A stretch of DNA of 63,481 nucleotides, filler included, from an uncultured Synergistales bacterium (lineage in GTDB: Bacteria; Synergistota; Synergistia; Synergistales; Aminobacteriaceae), in the NCBI GenBank assembly GCA_937897575.1. It is 7 parts of 7 records of this genome, joined end to end, with 100 filler letters (N's around TTAATTAATTAA, not from the genome) between each part and the next. Parts side by side here need not be neighbours in the genome. Positions count along the whole stretch, not along the records: positions 57,181 to 61,989 come from CALCQG010000110.1; positions 62,090 to 63,481 come from CALCQG010000137.1; 5 more parts are not named here. One strand, 5' to 3'. Positions 61,203-63,481 of this stretch are shown piece by piece. Each line of letters opens with the position of its first letter. The first letter of the stretch is position 1. The position numbers were made by a program, and so were the translations under genes. Below the pieces are notes generated by a model, which had not been told where the DNA came from, made no database searches, and was given only the letters and a program-made list of their open reading frames with translations.

Positions 61203-61733
61203 TCAGCAGTCGACGCCCTTTCTGGCGAGCAGGCCCTTGCCGTAGGGGTGGCGCACCTCCCGCATGTCCGTGATAAGGTCGGCCAAGCGAAGAATCTCGT
61301 CCGGCGGGTTACGCCCCGTCAGAACGACTTCGGTGCCGACGGCCTTTCCCTCGAGGATGGCCACCACATCCTTTGGAGCGATCAATCCGAAAGAGAGGGC
61401 GACGTTGATCTCGTCCAGCACCACAAGATCATACCACCCCGAGCGAAGAAATTCCCGCGCGGCGTCCATTCCTCGTGTCGCTTCGTCAAAGTCCGCTGTC
61501 GTCAGGGTCTCGGGGCGGAGATAGTCCGGTCGCCCGGTCTGGACGACGGTCACGCCGGGCAGAAGGGCCAGGGTTTCGATCTCGCTGTAGGGCCACCCCT
61601 TCATGAACTGGACGACGGCGGACTTTCCCCCCGCTCCCGTCATCCGCAGGACGAGGCCGAGAGCGCTTGTCGTCTTCCCCTTTCCGTCGCCCATGTACAC
61701 GTGAACGAGCCCCTTTTCCAGCACCCGCGCCAT
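61203..61733 (-). CDS. cobO: cob(I)alamin adenosyltransferase (CobA/CobO/BtuR)
   Basis: GDGKGKTTSALG, QFMKG, LDE, LTGR. Confidence 0.9.
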   Translation of the reverse strand: MARVLEKGLVHVYMGDGKGKTTSALGLVLRMTGAGGKSAVVQFMKGWPYSEIETLALLPGVTVVQTGRPDYLRPETLTTADFDEATRGMDAAREFLRSGWYDLVVLDEINVALSFGLIAPKDVVAILEGKAVGTEVVLTGRNPPDEILRLADLITDMREVRHPYGKGLLARKGVDC

Positions 61734-61802
61734 GTCGTCGCTCCTTTCCCTAGGCATGTCCCGGTTCATGCATTACAATGCAATCAGAATGGAGGTTTGT
61801 CA

Positions 61803-61989
61803 ATGCTTTTTCGTACCCAGTTGCTCGTCTCCGGCGTCGTCCAGGGGGTGGGGTTCCGTCCCTTCTGTGCCCGCCTCGCGGAATCCCTGGGGCTTTCGGG
61901 GTCGGTGCGCAACACGTCCGGCGGCGTCGAGATCATCCTGGAAGGGACGGATGAGCGCACTGAGGAGTATGTGGCCCGCCTGGACAGGG
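61803..61989 (+). CDS. hypF: carbamoyltransferase HypF (acylphosphatase domain), 3'-truncated
   Basis: GVVQGVGFRPF...GSVRNTSGGVEI; GGAGG RBS. The GFRPF form points to HypF rather than a stand-alone acylphosphatase. Confidence 0.75.
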
Positions 61990-62089
61990 NNNNNNNNNNN
62001 NNNNNNNNNNNNNNNNNNNNNNNNNNNNNNNNNTTAATTAATTAANNNNNNNNNNNNNNNNNNNNNNNNNNNNNNNNNNNNNNNNNNNN
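61990..62089. other. artificial contig linker
   Basis: N-run + TTAATTAATTAA + N-run. Confidence 0.99.
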
Positions 62090-62090
62090 T

Positions 62091-63200
62091 CGATATCGAC
62101 CAGCTCGCCGATACCTGCTGGCAGCGGAATTGAGGCGGCTCGGGCTCGATGCCATCTACCTCGGTCCGTCCACGGACCTGGAGTACATCGGCGGGCTGGA
62201 CACCCACCCCGACGAACGGGTCAGGGGCCTGATGGTCTCGAAGGACGGCCGGTGCTTCGCCATGACGCCCCTGCTGTACAAGGAGGAAATAGTCACTGCC
62301 TTCGGCGACGTGCCCTTCTACGCCGAATGGAACGACCACGAGGGGTTCACCGGGGCCTTCAGGCGGGGCTGCGAGCACCTGGGCGTCGTCGGCGGGAAGA
62401 TCGCCTTCAACGACGGCGTCCGGGCGGTGGACATGCTCGCCGTGCGGGATGCCATGGACATGCAGATGTGCAACGGGGCGGGCATCCTCGATCCCCTTCG
62501 CTCGCGCAAGGACGACGAGGAGCTGGCCGTCATGCGGGAGGCCTCGCTCATGGTGGACGGGGTGGTCCGAAAGCTGCGGGACTTCATCCGTCCCGGCATG
62601 ACGGAGCGGCAGATCGCAAAAAAGATTCCGGAGTTCTTCGAGGAGGTCGGCGCCGACGGTATGTCCTTCAACCCCATCGTGGCCAGCGGCCCCAACGGTT
62701 CCATGCCTCACTACGGGGGCGACCGGCGGGTCATCGAGGAGAACGACGTGATCATCCTCGACCTCGGCGGGCGGTACAAGTCCTACTGCTCGGACACCAC
62801 CAGGACCTTCTTCGTCGGCGCGCCCACGGAGGAGCAGAAGAAGGTGTACGAGATCGTCCGAAGGGCTCAGGCGGCGGGCGAGGCGGCCGTCAAGCCCGGC
62901 GCCACGGGGCAGGACGTGGACAGAGCGGCGCGGCAGGTCATCATCGACGCGGGGTACGGCGAGTTCTTCTTCAACCGGGTCGGGCACGGGATCGGAGTCG
63001 CGGTCCACGAGTCCCCCTACATGATCGAGGGGAACGACAAGCCCCTGGAGCCAGGGAACGTCTTCAGCGTGGAGCCGGGCATCTACCTGCCGGGCAAGTT
63101 CGGGGTCCGGATCGAGAACATCGTGGCCGTCCGGCCCGACGGGACGGGGGAGGCGCTGAACCACTTCCCGAGGGATCTGGACTCGGCCTGCATCGGCTGA
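62091..63200 (+). CDS. Xaa-Pro aminopeptidase (M24), 5'-truncated
   Basis: LRSRK, SGPNGSMPH, DLG..YCSDTTRT, GHGIG..VHE, VEPGIY, GVRIE. Confidence 0.92.
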   Translation, partial: RYRPARRYLLAAELRRLGLDAIYLGPSTDLEYIGGLDTHPDERVRGLMVSKDGRCFAMTPLLYKEEIVTAFGDVPFYAEWNDHEGFTGAFRRGCEHLGVVGGKIAFNDGVRAVDMLAVRDAMDMQMCNGAGILDPLRSRKDDEELAVMREASLMVDGVVRKLRDFIRPGMTERQIAKKIPEFFEEVGADGMSFNPIVASGPNGSMPHYGGDRRVIEENDVIILDLGGRYKSYCSDTTRTFFVGAPTEEQKKVYEIVRRAQAAGEAAVKPGATGQDVDRAARQVIIDAGYGEFFFNRVGHGIGVAVHESPYMIEGNDKPLEPGNVFSVEPGIYLPGKFGVRIENIVAVRPDGTGEALNHFPRDLDSACIG

Positions 63201-63238
63201 CGGAGGTGCACGGCGCGCGGGCTCGTCCTTTGTGAGAC

Positions 63239-63277
63239 AGCACCGCAAAGCACCAGAGCAAAGCACCAGAGCGAAGC
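63239..63277. repeat. short tandem repeat, 13-nt unit
   Basis: GCAAAGCACCAGA twice, plus partial flanking copies. Confidence 0.6.
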
Positions 63278-63320
63278 GGCTCGAAGGTCCGATGTGAACG
63301 CCACTGTTCAGCGGCACTAT

Positions 63321-63368
63321 AAAAAAACCGGAACGACCGGGGAGTTCCCCTCGGTCGTTCCGGTTTTT
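63321..63368. terminator. bidirectional terminator
   Basis: AAAAACCGGAACGACCG...CGGTCGTTCCGGTTTTT. Confidence 0.8.
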
Positions 63369-63481
63369 CAGACGGACGATACGAAATCCCTTGTGAAGGG
63401 GCAGGCCAGCGCCGAGCGGCAGAATGCGGGCAGAAAATCGTTCTTCTCTTCCTCTGTTCTCGGCCTATTTTCCCGGTGCTC

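Noticed and set aside
58593..62045. 1150-aa plus-strand ORF
   Set aside because: Antisense shadow of the Lon-like protease and cobO in high-GC DNA. Only its last ~62 codons (hypF start at 61803) look real.
14596..62089. Six identical TTAATTAATTAA motifs inside N-runs
   Set aside because: Artificial all-frame-stop contig linkers, not biological repeats. Apparent gene neighbourhoods across them (e.g. aminotransferase next to the GRE, hypF next to the peptidase) were not interpreted.
1..63481. CRISPR arrays, IS elements, rRNA, selenocysteine or frameshift recoding
   Set aside because: No regularly spaced repeats, transposase motifs, rRNA sequence or interrupted conserved ORFs were seen by eye.

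Overview
High-GC bacterial genomic DNA. The gene content (anaerobic amino-acid fermentation, Na+-pumping decarboxylase, LIV transport, NiFe-hydrogenase maturation) suggests Synergistota, which is an inference. The window is not contiguous: it is 7 contigs joined by six artificial 100-nt linkers (N-run + TTAATTAATTAA + N-run) at 14596, 29309, 42720, 47472, 57081 and 61990, so adjacency across them means nothing. Most of it is housekeeping: two tRNA-Ser, SRP RNA, rpsB-tsf-pyrH-frr, hpf, hypAB, pcrA, tex, hisS-aspS, ylxM-ffh, livHMGF, iscR-iscS-iscU, larE-like/mnmA, cbpA-like, pbpC, decarboxylase and fumarase subunits, nth, LonC-like protease, cobO, hypF and an Xaa-Pro peptidase. No CRISPR array, integrase or transposase was seen. 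The best candidates for undescribed systems are: (1) a cluster at 49.3-56.1 kb (dual-HTH regulator, internally duplicated membrane protein, Fe-S flavoenzyme/OYE, acetoacetate-decarboxylase-like enzyme, SDR with a duplicated Rossmann domain) divergent from an XRE-cupin regulated glycyl radical enzyme of unknown substrate; (2) a coupled XRE-ImmA/IrrE-radical SAM operon with no mobile element around it; (3) an asparaginase-fold protein lacking two catalytic residues; (4) a metallophosphoesterase paired with a CitX-like protein upstream of hisS-aspS; and (5) a 1.7-kb islet at tRNA-Ser(CGA) ending in a decayed att-like repeat.
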